Below the pieces are notes generated by a model, which did not search any database, was not told the origin of the DNA, and saw only the letters and a list, made by a program, of their open reading frames with translations. 64,000 nt of DNA from Catajapyx aquilonaris. Lineage: Eukaryota. Each line of letters starts with the position of its first letter. Within the stretch, counting starts at the first letter, position 1. The stretch is taken from NCBI GenBank assembly GCA_000934665.2, contig KZ538224.1, positions 310,001 to 374,000 on the forward strand, given 5' to 3'. Both the position numbers and the translations under genes were made by a program. Of this stretch, positions 1 to 13,600 are shown piece after piece.

Positions 1-3000
1 GAGGCCAAAAAATAAGCTTGTTACTCTCAGTCTTGATGAAACGAAAACACAAGGAAAAGTCCGCGGCCAAAAAATCTGATTAATTTTCACACCCTTGGAC
101 AATATTGGTCCCCTTTTCAAAACAGACTTGGGAAGGATTAAGTTCTCAAGAAGAAATGAGAAACATGCGGTCGTTTTTTGTGTGAGAGAGAATCACACGT
201 GCGCAGAGAAGCCTGGAGGTCAGAAATCTCAATTTTAAAGATTGCCCGGATTTTCCTGGAATCCTATAACCACATAAGTGAATCCCACAATTCATTGCAA
301 AAAGGGTGTAATATTTCACTGTCACGTTTTTTTTCCAAAATTAGGAGTGGTTTTACCCATTTTCTGACGTCTAGAACCCCACAAGTCTTTAATCACTTTT
401 AGGAAACGCTGATAAATAATTAAGAGCGTCAGATTTATTTACGCGTGTGTCACGGTCCGTTCCGCTCGAGTCACAATTGTCGGCTACCCATAAACACTTT
501 GATGAATTCGGGCCTTAATCTTTCACATGGCTGCTGAAACCACTGGGCTTTTCCTGGAAACCTGTAGCAACTTTCTCCCCACACACCCTCCCTTTTACTT
601 TCCCCCCTTCAACCGACTCTTTTTTTTCCTCTCCTTTAGATAAAAGGCGTTAATCTCCCCACGTGATCTCATCAATCATTCTCTAACGTCACCAACGTCC
701 CGGAGTTAAGTTGAAGGCAAAGTTGAAAGTCCTGAGGGTTTCCCAGCAAAACCAGGTGAGAGAGCTACTTTTTTTTCGGAAAAATAAAATCGGATTTTTT
801 TTTGGGGGGGGGGGGAACCGTGGTGTGGATGCACAGCAACCCGAAATTCCATTGCCCTTGTTTGAATTTATTATTACCGCGGCACAACGCTTAATTTCAT
901 ATTGAAATGTGAGCCCGGTGAAGGGCTATTCTTGCATACTTGTGGCAGGGTTTGGATAATTTTTGCAAATCGATTCCCAGAGCGGAGGATTTTTTTTTTA
1001 AATATTGGGGAATATTCGCGCTGATTTCCATGCAAATTGTAATTTATTGACCGTGCCTTTTAAAAATTATTTTTTTAAATGAACACAAACCTGACGGAAT
1101 ATTCTCTTATACCGATGCACCAGATTCTGCTGTTTTTTGGGAGCTACCAGAACAGTTCCCGATATTGAATTTTTAAATTATCAATATTCATGCTCTGTGC
1201 GGAATTAATGCTTGGTTAGTTTGAATCTCAATGGGGATGCTGCTCATAATTATTTTGAATGGTTATCGGTGGATATTCATATATGTACACCTGGAGCCAA
1301 GAACTAGAGGAATCGGGAAATATTTTGAATGAAAATATCAGTCAGAAAGTGAGAGAAATGTGTTAACCCAACTCCAATTAAATCATGCGGAATGGGAAAT
1401 AATATAAAAATACCAACGGAATGTTGGCCTAAAAGGATTGCTCCAGTTAGTATTGATCATAGTTAACTAACATTTCAAGAACATAATTCACATTCAGAGA
1501 AGATGACTGAAATGGAACCGAAATTTACATAAAATCCCATGTTGGACTCAATATTCAGTGGGAAAGTTGTTAATTTAGTACTAAATTAACATACTACCTG
1601 GCAATTTAAAAATAATATTTCGAATTAGAATGTGCAAAAAATTAAAATGGGACACAAACATTTATTCCGCTTTTTCAATAGTTTTATTCATTTAAATCTT
1701 AGTGTGTTCACACTCTATACTATACGTGCAAGGAATCAAAGATTACATCGAAATGACCCGGAATCCAGGAGAAACTCTCTAGAATATCGGAAAAGTAAGT
1801 CGATCGCAGAACTATCATTTTGAGTCCGGATTCCGATCGGTTGTACCCATCAGTGTCCCCCTCCCTTGAAAATCTGAAAGCGTTAATTAATTCCCACATG
1901 CCCCATTATGCAATTACCCTGTGAATGAGACTGGGGTGGGTTTTCTGCTCGTAAACTGCCTCCGCCAGTCTTTGGAGAAATTGATTTAAGGAGCAGTTTA
2001 CAGGCTGAGGCGCCGCAGAAAAGGAACTGGACGCAGACCCGGAGAATGTCAACCCCCCATCCCGGAAAAGCAAAAAGGATCCGGGAACTCGTCGGAAAAG
2101 AGCAGAGGTTTGAAGTGGTGGAAGGGAAAGGAATGTTTTGAGACTATTGTTCCCTGGAGGTCATCCTCACACTTGAGGACAGACCTTGCGTCTGCTGGTG
2201 GTGAAAGCCAGCTCGTGTCATCTCAATTTATTCCCGTTTCGTTCAGGTTCATTACTTTGCATTGGAGAGGGGGGCTGCTTTTCCTACTTTTCGCACAGGA
2301 ATTTTAGACGACAATTTAGCTCCGGAACGTGCATGGCAGGAATTAATTTCAAGTCCTGAAAAGACCCGAAATTGAAGGAAAATGCTTCAAAATAGTGATA
2401 TACATGGCTGCACACATGTGCTGAAGATATGCGGATTGCGTGTGTGTCTCTCCTGAAGTTGTGAAGAGTGATGGAGACGATAGTCGTTGGGCGTGTTTGG
2501 GACAAACTGTCATAGTGTCATACACAAGCGGGCTGCATGCAATACCTCGATATATATTGCGTCTCTCTTGCGAGGAGACAACGCACGAAACGTTTTGTTA
2601 TCTCGCGCTCTGAATTGTTGAACCCTACAAATAATTAGAGCTCGTACGGACAATAATTGCATATTTTGTGTGGGATGACATACCAGTCCCTCTGTACGTG
2701 TTTAAAGAAATTATAAGGCTCATTCAGCATGATGCTTTTCAATGCACCAAGTTATGCGCTTTAAATTGCTGCCACCATTTCCCCCAAAATTGATGGTAAA
2801 AAAGGGCCGCGCCATTCACAAGGATGATGACATGTTGTGACAGTCCTCTTGCCTCCCAAAAGGGGCCCCCCGGAATGCTTTTGGTCCCCGAGAATTTAAT
2901 TAATTAGGGAAATAAATCATTTCCATATAAATGCACCGCCTGTCCTAATGCCATCTCTGGTGCGGCTGGGGTCTTGAAGGAGTTCACTTGGTGTGACGAG

Positions 3001-3613
3001 CCCTTGGTTTTTTGGGGAAAAAAGTGCTCGAGTGTAACTCTGCACAGTCGGAATTGCCCGAGTTCCAATTCCGACCAAACGAAGTGTGACAATTGCATGA
3101 TAAGGGGCCAGAAAGACTGCAATTCAATTTCACACGTTCCGATTTTGCGAGTTGCTCCGACGGAATTCGGCCACGCGTTAGTCGATAGTACTTGCTTGCT
3201 GTCAGGACCAGTCGGAGAGAAAAAATTCGCATGCAAAAATGGACGGGCATTTTTGCTCCCGAACAAAAGGTTAATAGCCCGTTGGTGCAAGCAAAACAAC
3301 TGGCAAAAAAAAATCCTTGCAGAGATTTGTCGGAGGTGAGCTCAGGCAGGACTTTTATGGCGAATAAATATGTACCTTTTCCGACTGGTGGGCCCAACTT
3401 TGTAATTCCGTAATGGCTCCAACCCTGCATTAGTCTGCAGTCACCAACAAACACATTAACCTAATATCTCCCTAGAGACTGGCTGGCCAGCATCAGTTCA
3501 TTTCGCGACTTAATCGCGCGGGGATAAGTTCGAGATTACACCTGCATTACCCTGCGATATTACTGCGCTTGTATTTCCAACAAAACGGGAAGGCGCCCGT
3601 CGGATCCATACCA

Positions 3614-4097
3614 CAGGGTGTGTTGTAACTGCTCGGCCCAAATTCTGCATCATTTTATGTAGGCACTAGCAGGGGACCCGTTCTTCGCACGGGGATTGAT
3701 AAGGGGAGGTGGGGAGGGTATAGGGTAGGAGCGCCATCTGTTGTGGAAGTAAAATTGCCTAAGATGAATACCAAACTTTGTAAAACAAAATGTTAGGCAT
3801 TTAGACTCAAAGAGTGCGGTTTTAGGTATTTTCCTCAATCAGCGGCACGTAAGACATCGGTGTGCCAAGTTTCATCCTCTCAGAGGTATGGAAGTGGGTT
3901 AGGTAGCCGACTAGCCGAGACATACAAACAAACAGAAACTTTCTGCTTTATGTCTATAAGATATCATTTGGTCTACACAGCACGATTTCTAAGGGCATCA
4001 AGTGGACATATGAAATATCCGATTAAAGTTGTATCTGCTGCGAGTATGTCGCTGTGGAACAAGTCATTTAATGTTCTATGGATTGTGAAACACCCTG
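3614..4097. mobile_element. Degenerate Tc1/mariner-type MITE (CAGGGTGT...ACACCCTG), interrupted by a Helitron
   Basis: CAGGGTGT at 3614 and ACACCCTG ending at 4097, followed by TA; the left flank is CA rather than TA. Same termini as other TA-flanked elements in the window. Size is 188 bp once the Helitron at 3666-3961 is removed. Confidence 0.5.
3666..3961 (-). mobile_element. Non-autonomous Helitron, complete (296 bp)
   Basis: The minus strand starts TC (TCTTATAGACATAAAGCAGAAAGTTTCTGTTTGTTTGTATGTC) and ends with the hairpin CCCGT-GCGAAGA-ACGGG (plus 3677-3693) then CTAG. It sits between A and T with no TSD, the canonical Helitron hallmarks. A partial second copy lies at 40223-40361. Confidence 0.85.
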
Positions 4098-4857
4098 TAG
4101 TTTTCCCGGTGCCTTTAATGGCCTGTCGCGATACTGGAAAGATGGTACCGGGTCGTTTATCATTACCTGATGCTGCTGCAGCCCGGGTATCGCTTCTGTT
4201 CCTGGGACCGTTTGTCCGATGTCAAGTGAACAGTTCTGCCCCAGTGGGCATCACATAATAGTCCGGTGTTGCCATCAGGAAAAAGAAATTATGGAGGGGA
4301 CTGTGAGGAGGGAGGGAGAGAGGGGGGGGAAGCCTTTTTTATAGTTATTTTTGCTTTCCAAAAGATATAGCTGGAACCCGTCCATATATTTTGCTCGGTT
4401 GTCTTCTTCGCTAAATACCAAAGGAGTCGAAACAATCGTGGTGCAAGACAACGGAAGGAATTGATTGCACACGGAGAAGAAAAAAAACATTTCGAAAAAA
4501 TGTTTGTCCCTTTCAGTGCTGCTTTGTTCTTGGTTTTTGTACAAGTTGTGACTATAACTCATATGTGACAAATTGCAGCGTGTACAGTACTGAGGATGAC
4601 AAAAAAATGATGTGAGATTACTCAACTACAATTGAAGCGTTGACATGAGAAAGGGCATAACCAAGGGCATAACAGTCACAAATATGCCTCGAAAAGGAAA
4701 AAAGTAGCATACATTTCAATTCTAAACTCATAAACCGATTTTATTTGACTTTTCATGACTTTCTATAACAAAATCCAACAATAAGAAAGCTTTTGCGTAA
4801 TAAAATCGGATTCACTGTGCTCGCAAAACTGCTTTTTTCCCTAGCCTCTGTAAAAAA

Positions 4858-4893
4858 TTTATTTATTTATTTATTTGTTTATTTATTTATTTA
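4858..4893. repeat. (TTTA)n microsatellite
   Basis: tttatttatttatttatttgtttatttatttattta read directly. Confidence 0.9.
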
Positions 4894-7257
4894 CCGTAAT
4901 GTTAACATCTCAATTACACTCAACCGAGCAACATAAATGTAAAGTAATTTTTAAACAGCACACTAACTTGCTTAGTATTGCAATTTTACAGCCGCGATTG
5001 CAATATAGGCTACAGTATTTGTGCAATATGAATTGACAATTTGGGCTCTAAAATATTTTTGGGCATTTTTGAGTCAACTTATTTTTCAAATTCAAGGTCT
5101 CCTTTTGAATTATTTTCATTCTGTGTATTATTCTGTCTTTTTCATTAAAATAGTCATCTACACTTGACTCTACATCTCAATAGCAATTAATTGACGTTCT
5201 GCAATAATGGTTCCACCTAAACATAACATTTAAGTCCTGCAGTCCCTGGATTCGCCTCTCCAATAACAAGATATAGTGTTGCGTCACGTGGAGCATTTAT
5301 AGGAAATACTTCCCTTTTCATTGGGAGTGAGAAGCTTATACGCTTTCTCTTTCAGCAAATGTGGGGTCTCCTCTCTCCGCCCACCACCCGAAAAAAAAAT
5401 CTCCCTCGTCCTTTAAATGGCATTATTACGTCACCCCGGGGCTTCTGAATTATTGGACTCCGGTCTGCGTTGCTGTGCTGTGCTGTGTGTGTATAGAGCC
5501 CTGGGAGGTTGCTAACCCCTCCGCTGAATAGGGATTTGGACAATGCCAGGTATTATTGTGTCCTATGCCTCGGCTCCTTTTTGTCGATTTTTATTGTCAG
5601 CTGGCCCAATCCCTGTGATTACTGGCCAGTAATCACGTGTTAAGTTGATTCTGCAGAGATATTGCTAGTCGGCAGGGGGGCGTGTGATGTGGGGAAAAAA
5701 AACATTCGCAATATGAGATGAAATGAAATATCTGTGGGAGAGACTTTAATTGCTTTTCAACAATGACGAAGCAATTATTGTTGCCGTGTACCCTGTAACA
5801 GTGACCATTCGAAACATGCTCTGTAATATTAATAAAATTCAGTGAGCCCAGCAAGGTAATATTTTTGGTGAAAACTTTTTTGCTTGTTTGTCAACATTAA
5901 AGTAGTTATAAAAATGTAGTTTTGACGTTTTATGTGACGTGACATTTTTAATCGGACAGTTATTCAGGGCCTGTACATGTCGTTATTAATTATTGCATTG
6001 CGTTTTTTTCCACCATCCGGTGCACCGCGTAATGCAGTTGCGGGCTATTTCATTTGCATATTATGTTTGGTTGCTTTGTGGTTGGAAGTGTTTATTGGAT
6101 GATAAAAAGCAATTGCGTTGCTAAACAACTATTGGAAATAAATTCAGTTACACGTACCATGTACTGTAATAGTACATCACAGTCTGACATGCACAATCAT
6201 ATTGTTAGTCTAGCTTCAACAATAGAGATATCATCAGTGCAATGTAAAAAATTTCGCAGTTTTTGTTTTGTTTCTGGAGACCAATCGGATCTAAGTATAA
6301 TTGAGCAGAATATTTTCTCATTCGAAACCTATTTTCTTCTCAGAGTTAGTCCTATTTAACTTTTCAGAACTACTTAAAAAGTTACGTCCACTCCTGCGCT
6401 GTTTATTGATTTAGACCCAACTTTTGGTCTAAGGTTATACAACCTCGCAAAGCAGCCTAACACCACGTGTGATGAGGGTTTTTTTCTTTCTTTCTTTCTC
6501 CATTCCCCGATACTCCTTCTGGAATCCGATTTATCACAGTCGAGCAAGAAAACTCTTGGAGTTTCGATCCATGGTTGTTAGGATCTTTTCAGTGGGAATG
6601 TGGTGCCATCTTTTGCTGCCAGGATACACTCGGTTTTCCGGGCCGAATCCTCCGGAAAAGTACGTTTTCCGGGGCGCCACTCTCTGGAACCACCTTCTTT
6701 TCACTGTGCCAATTGCAGAAGCAAGTGGAAAGGTTCCCAAAAACAAGGGGAAGGATTAATGAAAGGAATAAGTTGGTTGGTTTTCTTCCCCACCCCCAAA
6801 AGAACCGAACTTAAGCCATGCTTGCGTCTTCTCCACTAAACTTTGCACGAAAACTGTTTCCAGTTTGTGGAAACAGATGTTTCGAATCCTGCGTTTCTCT
6901 CCGTTGGAGATGAACGAGAGACGAGAAAAAAAAGAAGCAGAAACGTGAGAATATCTCCGAATGCTTTATCTGAACAAGCGGAGAAACGCAAAGCTGCCGG
7001 CGAGATCTATGATCTGACGCTCGTAGGAAATTTTTGGGGAGGTTTTCTTTTTTTTTTTGAAGAGGGAAAGATCTCCCCCTCGACCTCGACGGTTTTCTCA
7101 GGAAAATAAGCGGTTTGCACCATCTGGAGACTGGTCTTATCATTCTGAGTCAGATTAACCCCGATTTGCACTGCACTGGAAGCAAAATTGGTGCGAAAGT
7201 TCCCCTCAAAAAAATTGTAAAATATTCGAGTTGGATTTTTTCTCTCTCTCTACAAAT

Positions 7258-7533
7258 CAACACTCTAAAAAATTTGCGTAATTTTCCCAAGGGTTTTCCA
7301 CTCAATTTGAGTGATTTCATTCCACTCAAACTCTCTGAGTGAAATGGGCTTCGCTCACTGATGAAAGAGTACCGTAGTTACCGCCTCATTTTCACCCTTA
7401 TTTCGAGTAACTTTCCACTCGATTTGAGTTAAAGTCAATCTTCGCCGAGTGAAATTCACTAAAAAAATAGCATTTGTGCGAAAGTGCTCGTTTTTGAGTG
7501 AAATTTTCGCTCAAAATATTTTAGAGAGTGTTG
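7258..7533. mobile_element. Putative non-autonomous TIR element (MITE) with repeated CACTC/GAGTG internal motifs
   Basis: Terminal inverted repeat CAACACTCT...AGAGTGTTG extends imperfectly into A/T tracts. The interior repeats TTCCACTC and GAGTGAAAT motifs and short palindromes such as CACTCAATTTGAGTG. No clear TSD. Confidence 0.5.
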
Positions 7534-8539
7534 TGTCGGATCTTTGATGAGATATAAATAAACTAATAAAGGTTACGACATTTATTGACGATTTTATCAA
7601 CCTTTTGTACTTAACAAAAAATTTACTCGTGCAATCAATTTACTCGGAGAAAATTACAGACCTGATCAAATCTGTACGGGACATTTCGTCCCAGTCGAAA
7701 AAGACAGCCTAATTTTCTTCTCTCGACGTTCCAACAATGGCACTCTCTTTTTTGTATTCGGACGTCCCTGATATGCACTTAATTACACCTTTTAATGCGA
7801 GGCGTGTCAGTCCCCCTCTTGCTTCTTTCTCTCCACCTTTTCCTTCATTCCCTCCACGTGTATGACTGCACGCGAGACATGTCATAAAAATTGTTGGGGG
7901 AGATAAAACTCCCTAGAGGGACACCTTCCGCCATCAGTGACCCCCACCTGTGTGTGTGCGTCTCTAGATATTTTTTTCTCTCTTCTAAGATGGGAAAAGG
8001 GGGGAGGGTGACAAGCGGTGGAATGAAGCGTGTCACGCAACGATGACACAAGAAGGCCATTAAAAGATCGGAAGGCTCTTTTCTGGCTCCTTCCAACACG
8101 TGTATCGCCCTCAAAAAGGGAAGCTGCCAGGCAAAGTAGTCACACAAATCGTTGACCGACGCTGTCACTCCATCCACGTGACAACATGGAAGGATGAATA
8201 ATCACCATATTGGAGACAGTGTCTGGAGAATCCTGCACATGTTGTTATTACTGCAATAGCCTGAATCGATAGGGTTTAAGCCAGATAACATGTGATGCGT
8301 GAGTTCCTGGGCAGAACATGCCTGTTGTTTTTTTGAATAGCATTACACGCGATCTGCCTTCCCCCCTACTCAACCCCTGTGGACCAAAGTTTTACCACAT
8401 GAGTCACATGGACCACTGTGAGTGAGGTGATGCGTAGGAGCTTTTGGCTTGAGGGTCCACCAGGGCTCATAAAGAATGGCGCATTGGGGGTTGAATCATT
8501 CCAATTGGATGCACCCAATACACCGTGAGCCCTTCTGCA

Positions 8540-8630
8540 CAGGGTGAGCCATCAACATGCCCAAATATATAGGCTGAGTTCCTATGAAGGAAGATGCTCA
8601 TATTGGTGTCGATCGTCAGGAAACACCCTG
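8540..8630. mobile_element. Short degenerate CAGGGTG...CACCCTG MITE (91 bp)
   Basis: TGCA-CAGGGTG at 8536-8546 and CACCCTG-TGCA at 8624-8634 form an 11-bp inverted pair with the same termini as the TA-flanked MITEs. Confidence 0.5.
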
Positions 8631-8642
8631 TGCATGGCGTGT

Positions 8643-8668
8643 TCTCTCTCTCTCTCTCTCTCTCTCTC
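8643..8668. repeat. (CT)n microsatellite
   Basis: Uninterrupted TC dinucleotide run read directly. Confidence 0.9.
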
Positions 8669-9740
8669 ATCTCATCTCATCCCTTGCACTACTCCCGCTT
8701 GCCATATCCTTTTGTTTGCCGAGGGATTCCCCAGAAGACTATGGAGTGTTGGGAGGAGGGGACCCAACTCACTCCCAGATCTCGTCTTGCCTCTGCTCGT
8801 TCCCAATCTGGTTAAAATCGATTCATGTACCCGAGGACCACTCTTGTTCTACCCCTTGTCTAAACGCTAGACTTCCAAGTGGTGGTGTGTACCCTTGGGA
8901 CATGTCACATCGGGTTCAAGACTAGAACCAGTTTTGTCTGGAGTCTGAAATGATGAAAGATGTAGGATGAAACTGAGGATCACTTTACTCGCATGTAAGG
9001 ATGTCGTTTGGCTTAATAGGCTTAAAACACATCCAATGCGATGGAAGTGTCGCAGGCTTTATTCACGACTGTTTAATTAGTGTCTTCGCATAATTTTCCT
9101 GGAATGAAATCAGACTTTTCCCTCCTCAAGTCTGAGCATTAATTACAGTGTACTTTTCCAAGACATGTGCCTTTTACCCCCTCCCAATCTCCTTCCCCCC
9201 ACAGTCTCTCAGGCGGGTTCTAAGCAATGAATTCAATTAGCACCGCTTTTGTTGTGCAATTTTCTTCACTTCGCTCCCTTCTTCTCCCATCCCCCCCTCC
9301 TATTCCTATGCAATAGTTGTCCTCAATTGACAAGCCCCCTTTTCCTAGGGGGACATTTGCATGCATATTTCCGCCTCATTACAAACCCTGCCCAGCATTT
9401 TGGCCGCCTCTGTTCATTAATTTACCAACAGACTATCCAACAATCTAAAACGGGTTTTTTTCGTAAAGAGAGAGAAAAGTTAGGCATCAGACCAACCCTA
9501 AATGACTGTTTTCTACGTGAGTCGAGTCTGCAAAACTCCCCATTTTTCCAAGCTACCCCCTTTTCCCAAAGTTAATCTCAGATTTAATCCTCCAGACAAG
9601 AGGATTGGAGAAGGAGTCACGAGGCAGGCTCCAATAATGAATCCCTCGCCTCATTGCAATCATTAATTTTTTGCCACTCGAAAAACGTGCTAGAAAGAGT
9701 GCTTTCAATACATAACATAAATACGTAACATAATTATAAT

Positions 9741-10424
9741 GGCGTGTTCAAATGAAACATAAAGTGAGGCAATATCTCAGGAGCTATCTGTCTCAGCTGA
9801 GTGCTAGTGGTATCTCTGAGTAGGCCCTTGCATGGCTAATTTCCATGCACAGTAGTTAGTAGTCAGTATGCATGAAGTGGGAAGGAGAGCATTTATGCAA
9901 GTCTCTCGTGGCTATGGATTCGTCCAAGCAGGCACAGTTCACCATCATTCCTTTTCCTCATCGAGGAAAGGACTTCACCAGTGGACATTGTCCATTGAAT
10001 GCCAAGGGCATGTGGGAAAGCCTTCTTCAACCACAATACTTTGGTGGACACCTTGGTGCAGAAAACAACTAAGGAAATTTCCTCCATGCACACACGTCTG
10101 GACAAAAATTCCCTACACCTTTTGAAGAGAGTCTTGTTTTTGAAACAGACATTCCCGTGGACCTTCTGCATCCAATGGACAATGTCCACTTGTGAAGTTC
10201 CTTCCTTGATGACGGAAAATGATGATGGCGAGTTGTGCATGTTTAGACGAATGCATAGCCCTGGGAGACTTGGCATAAAATGCACTCCTGCCCACTACAT
10301 GCATACTGACTACTTACTACTCTGAATGAAAATTAGTCATGCAAGGGCCTACACAGAGATACCACTAGTACTCAGCTGAGGCAAATAGCTTCTGAGATCA
10401 CTTTATGTTTCATTTGAACACACC
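9741..10424. mobile_element. Long fold-back / MITE element with ~300-bp inverted arms
   Basis: The left arm 9741-~10040 (GGCGTGTTCAAATGAAACATAAAGTGA...) aligns colinearly with the reverse complement of ~10130-10424 (...TCACTTTATGTTTCATTTGAACACACC), with scattered substitutions and small indels. Spacer is ~90 bp. The GG-start TIR and A/T flanks suggest PIF/Harbinger, but the TSD is not clean (AAT vs TAT). Confidence 0.85.
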
Positions 10425-10439
10425 TATTTCATAACAGGG

Positions 10440-10672
10440 CAGGGGTATAATCTTTTTGTCCAGATGCATAGTTTGCACTCCAGACATTTTTCTGGAGTTG
10501 ATGGAAATTTCTCACTTGGAGTGCTTAATTTTTAATTACTGAGTTTAGCCATGCTAAAAAGAAGGACCAACTGGAGTGCAACTTTTGAACTCCGAAGGCT
10601 CCGTTTGGAGTGCTGATAACAATTATTTTGGAGTACTAGTTGCACTTTTGTATCTCAATATTTCGACCCCTG
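10440..10672. mobile_element. Possible small TIR element (CAGGGGT...ACCCCTG)
   Basis: CAGGGGTATAAT at 10440 versus ATTTCGACCCCTG ending at 10672. The interior repeats GGAGTGC/GCACTCC motifs. No TSD found. Confidence 0.4.
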
Positions 10673-13600
10673 ACATACTGCGCTATATACGTATTTTAGG
10701 TATGAATAATTTTTGTTGTTATACATAAGTAAGTTTTAGGAGCATGTTCTGCACTCTGTACGATCTGCCATTATTTATTTATTTATTTTAATCTACCTAC
10801 CTTTTTAGTACTTGATCGAGTTTTAGGGAGGAGTGTAAGCGAATATCAATAATTATTCAGAACGCGTAGGTGTTAAAAGTGAACTGCAGCAGTTTGAATA
10901 TTTCAACCAGATCATACATGCGGCCTGACGTTACTAGATTACACCACGCTAGGATATAAAACGCATTTATTAACAATTTTTATTAAGCTAAAAACGCCCA
11001 TGATAATGCGATTGGCCAAAAACGGACATTGTTTGACTAGTAGTTTTAATGCGAGCGGGCAGGGCCTGGAAAGCACCCCGCTGTCAAAAGATTTATCCTA
11101 GAGTAATCATTATATGATTATGAAAATAGGGAGCACAAACCAGTTTTAAATTAGCGCCATTATCCATGACGACATTTTCATGGCGTAATAAATGGGTACG
11201 AGTGAGATATTATTACGTGTCCAGAGCAACGCGCTGACAGAAGCCGATCCGTCACATGCACATATTTTTGTTTTGTTGCCCGGAAGGGGTGGGGGTGGGG
11301 GTGGTTTAAAATCAATATCCAGGTGATGGGGGGGAGGGATTATAGTGTGCATAACATTTAATGATTAATTGATTTGTAACTGATGTGCAGCGTGAAATAT
11401 GTCCCGCGATACACCAGCAGCGGTGGGCGATGCATCATAACAACGCAGGTGCAGATGAGCCACCCTTTTATTATTATGGGGAAAAAAATTCGGCCTCATT
11501 CTTATTCAGAGACTAATTAGTGCTATTAGGCTAATGAGACAGTTTGTTTTCTTGGGGGGGCGGAAGGGAGAGTCTTCCAGGGTATACCGAATTGAATTTT
11601 TCGCACGCATATTGGCGCACATTGGACAAACTTGTGAATAATTCCCGCAGCATTTCTACTTCTTGCTTCGCTCTGCTGCTGATAAACGACTCGTCTCATT
11701 GCAAATGACAGGTTTTATGTGACATGTGTTGGATTCAAATTTAATATCCCGGGGCCGATGCTACGTGCCCAGAATCATTGCAAGGCTTCTTTGGAAGGAA
11801 GTCTTGGTAGGAAATTCTCCTCAGGGAGCTGCCACCAAATTCGGGGCTAGGGTGAGGGTTTTTCTGGTCAAAAAAGCCCGGGTTTTTTTTTGAAGGGGCG
11901 GTTGGAATTGGGGAGGAAAGAAAGGCCCAGGAAACCGGAAGGGATGGAGTAGGCAACGGGGCCAAATGATTGCAGCTCCAAGTGGCCCCGATGTACACAC
12001 TCGGACCTCGCAATAAACTGGCAAAATTGTTTTTCGGGAAAAGAGAATTTCCCCAGTTGACGTGGTCTGGCCCTCTAGAGAAACTCCGAGGCATTTTTTT
12101 TTGTTGCCTTATAGAAGAAGAAAAACTAGACGAATCTATCTGCAGGTTTGGGGGTCTTCTTCCCAAAGGAATATGGCGACATCAGGGGGGCTGTCATGGC
12201 CCTGCAGCTTCTGCAGGCCTTGTGACGCGTTTCAATTTCCTTTCGGGGGGAACATTTCCGAGGACGCGCTGTCATGAGCAGTCAAGCAAAATGAGACGTT
12301 TCCCTACTTCAATGAAGCACTAGGGGGATAGGAACCGTCATCATTTTGGGTCGACCCTCGTATATTTATATATACGAATGTACAGGCTGCAAAATCTGGA
12401 ATTCCGGACAAAGTTTGATCCTGCAGGACTTGCTTCGGGTTCATTTTGGGCAGGTCTTATTCATACCACTCCTGCACATCCTGTCGATACGTTTAATGAA
12501 CATTTTCAAGTACCTTTATAGGGGGGGAAGCTCGAAACATGAAATATCTTACGAGTCTCTCCAAAAAGGGGAGGGGGAAGGTCGAAATTTTCTTGCCAAT
12601 TGGCCACTCCAGATTGTGATAAAGCACGCCCCTGGTCTCATAACTCCGAGGGGAGATGAGAGTCTTGAAAATTATCCGACCCTGTTTTTTTATTGCAATT
12701 TTCCTCCCTACCCCCGGTAGTATTAATGAGGTTCTGTGCAGAGCCCAAGTAAGGATTTATAATCGGAATAAAACGAGGACCCGAACCCTACTGGAAGCTC
12801 CACATGCTGATAAAGCACACCTTGAAACGTGGATGTTATTTAATAAGCTGCACCCTCCACCCTACGGTATATACACACTTTTACGGCCCGTAAATCCATT
12901 TCGGAGGGCACATCGTCAAGGGTGATATCGACATCAGGACGATAAAAATTCCGGCCCCCAATTTTTTTGAAGCGTCTCCCTCTTCCCCCATACAGCGGTG
13001 ATGTACTGGGTATAACTTTCCGATAGACCGAGCCAAACAGCGGCGTCAAAATAAATGTCGCGCTTCATGAATTGAACGCACTTGACAACAACAAAAAAAG
13101 AGCGAAAATTTCACGCTCGGCCAACTCCAAGAGAGATGTCGCCGGAATTTTGAATTTTACATTGTCGTTAAAATGTGGCCACAAAGTTTATCGCTTTCAC
13201 GCTCAAGGGGAAAAAAGTGTCCGGGTCGAAAATTGAAATCGGTTTTTCGAGTCCGATCATGCGGAAACCGAGAGGACCGTATTGTTGCGGTGTGACGTCA
13301 CAGTGAAAGGGGCTTTCTCTGGTTAATGAAATTTTCAATCAGCGTCGAAGCGATATCTATGCCGGACTCATGGCAGAATCTTAATGACTTTCCGAGTTCC
13401 ATGGCTACTTTGTATTCTTTTTCTTTTCCTCGTGGGAACAATTCAGTTAAGAGCGTGGGGGTATGAGAAGGGGGGAGATTGTTGAAAAGCTGAGGATTAA
13501 GGCTGGGGGATGCGCAGCATTATTAACAGCTTTTGGCTTATTCACGCCCCAGCATTTTTCAGACGGTTGCCTTTGGCCAATGGATCTCTCTTTCCCCTTC

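Noticed and set aside
6534..6746. ORF containing VKRRWFQRV, reminiscent of homeodomain helix 3 (VKIWFQNRR)
   Set aside because: It lacks the invariant Asn51 and the basic tail, and no helix 1/2 sequence is recognisable. Chance match.
9868..10325. Overlapping ORFs on both strands with similar peptides (IQWTMST)
   Set aside because: The mirror similarity is a by-product of the fold-back inverted repeat, not of paralogous genes.
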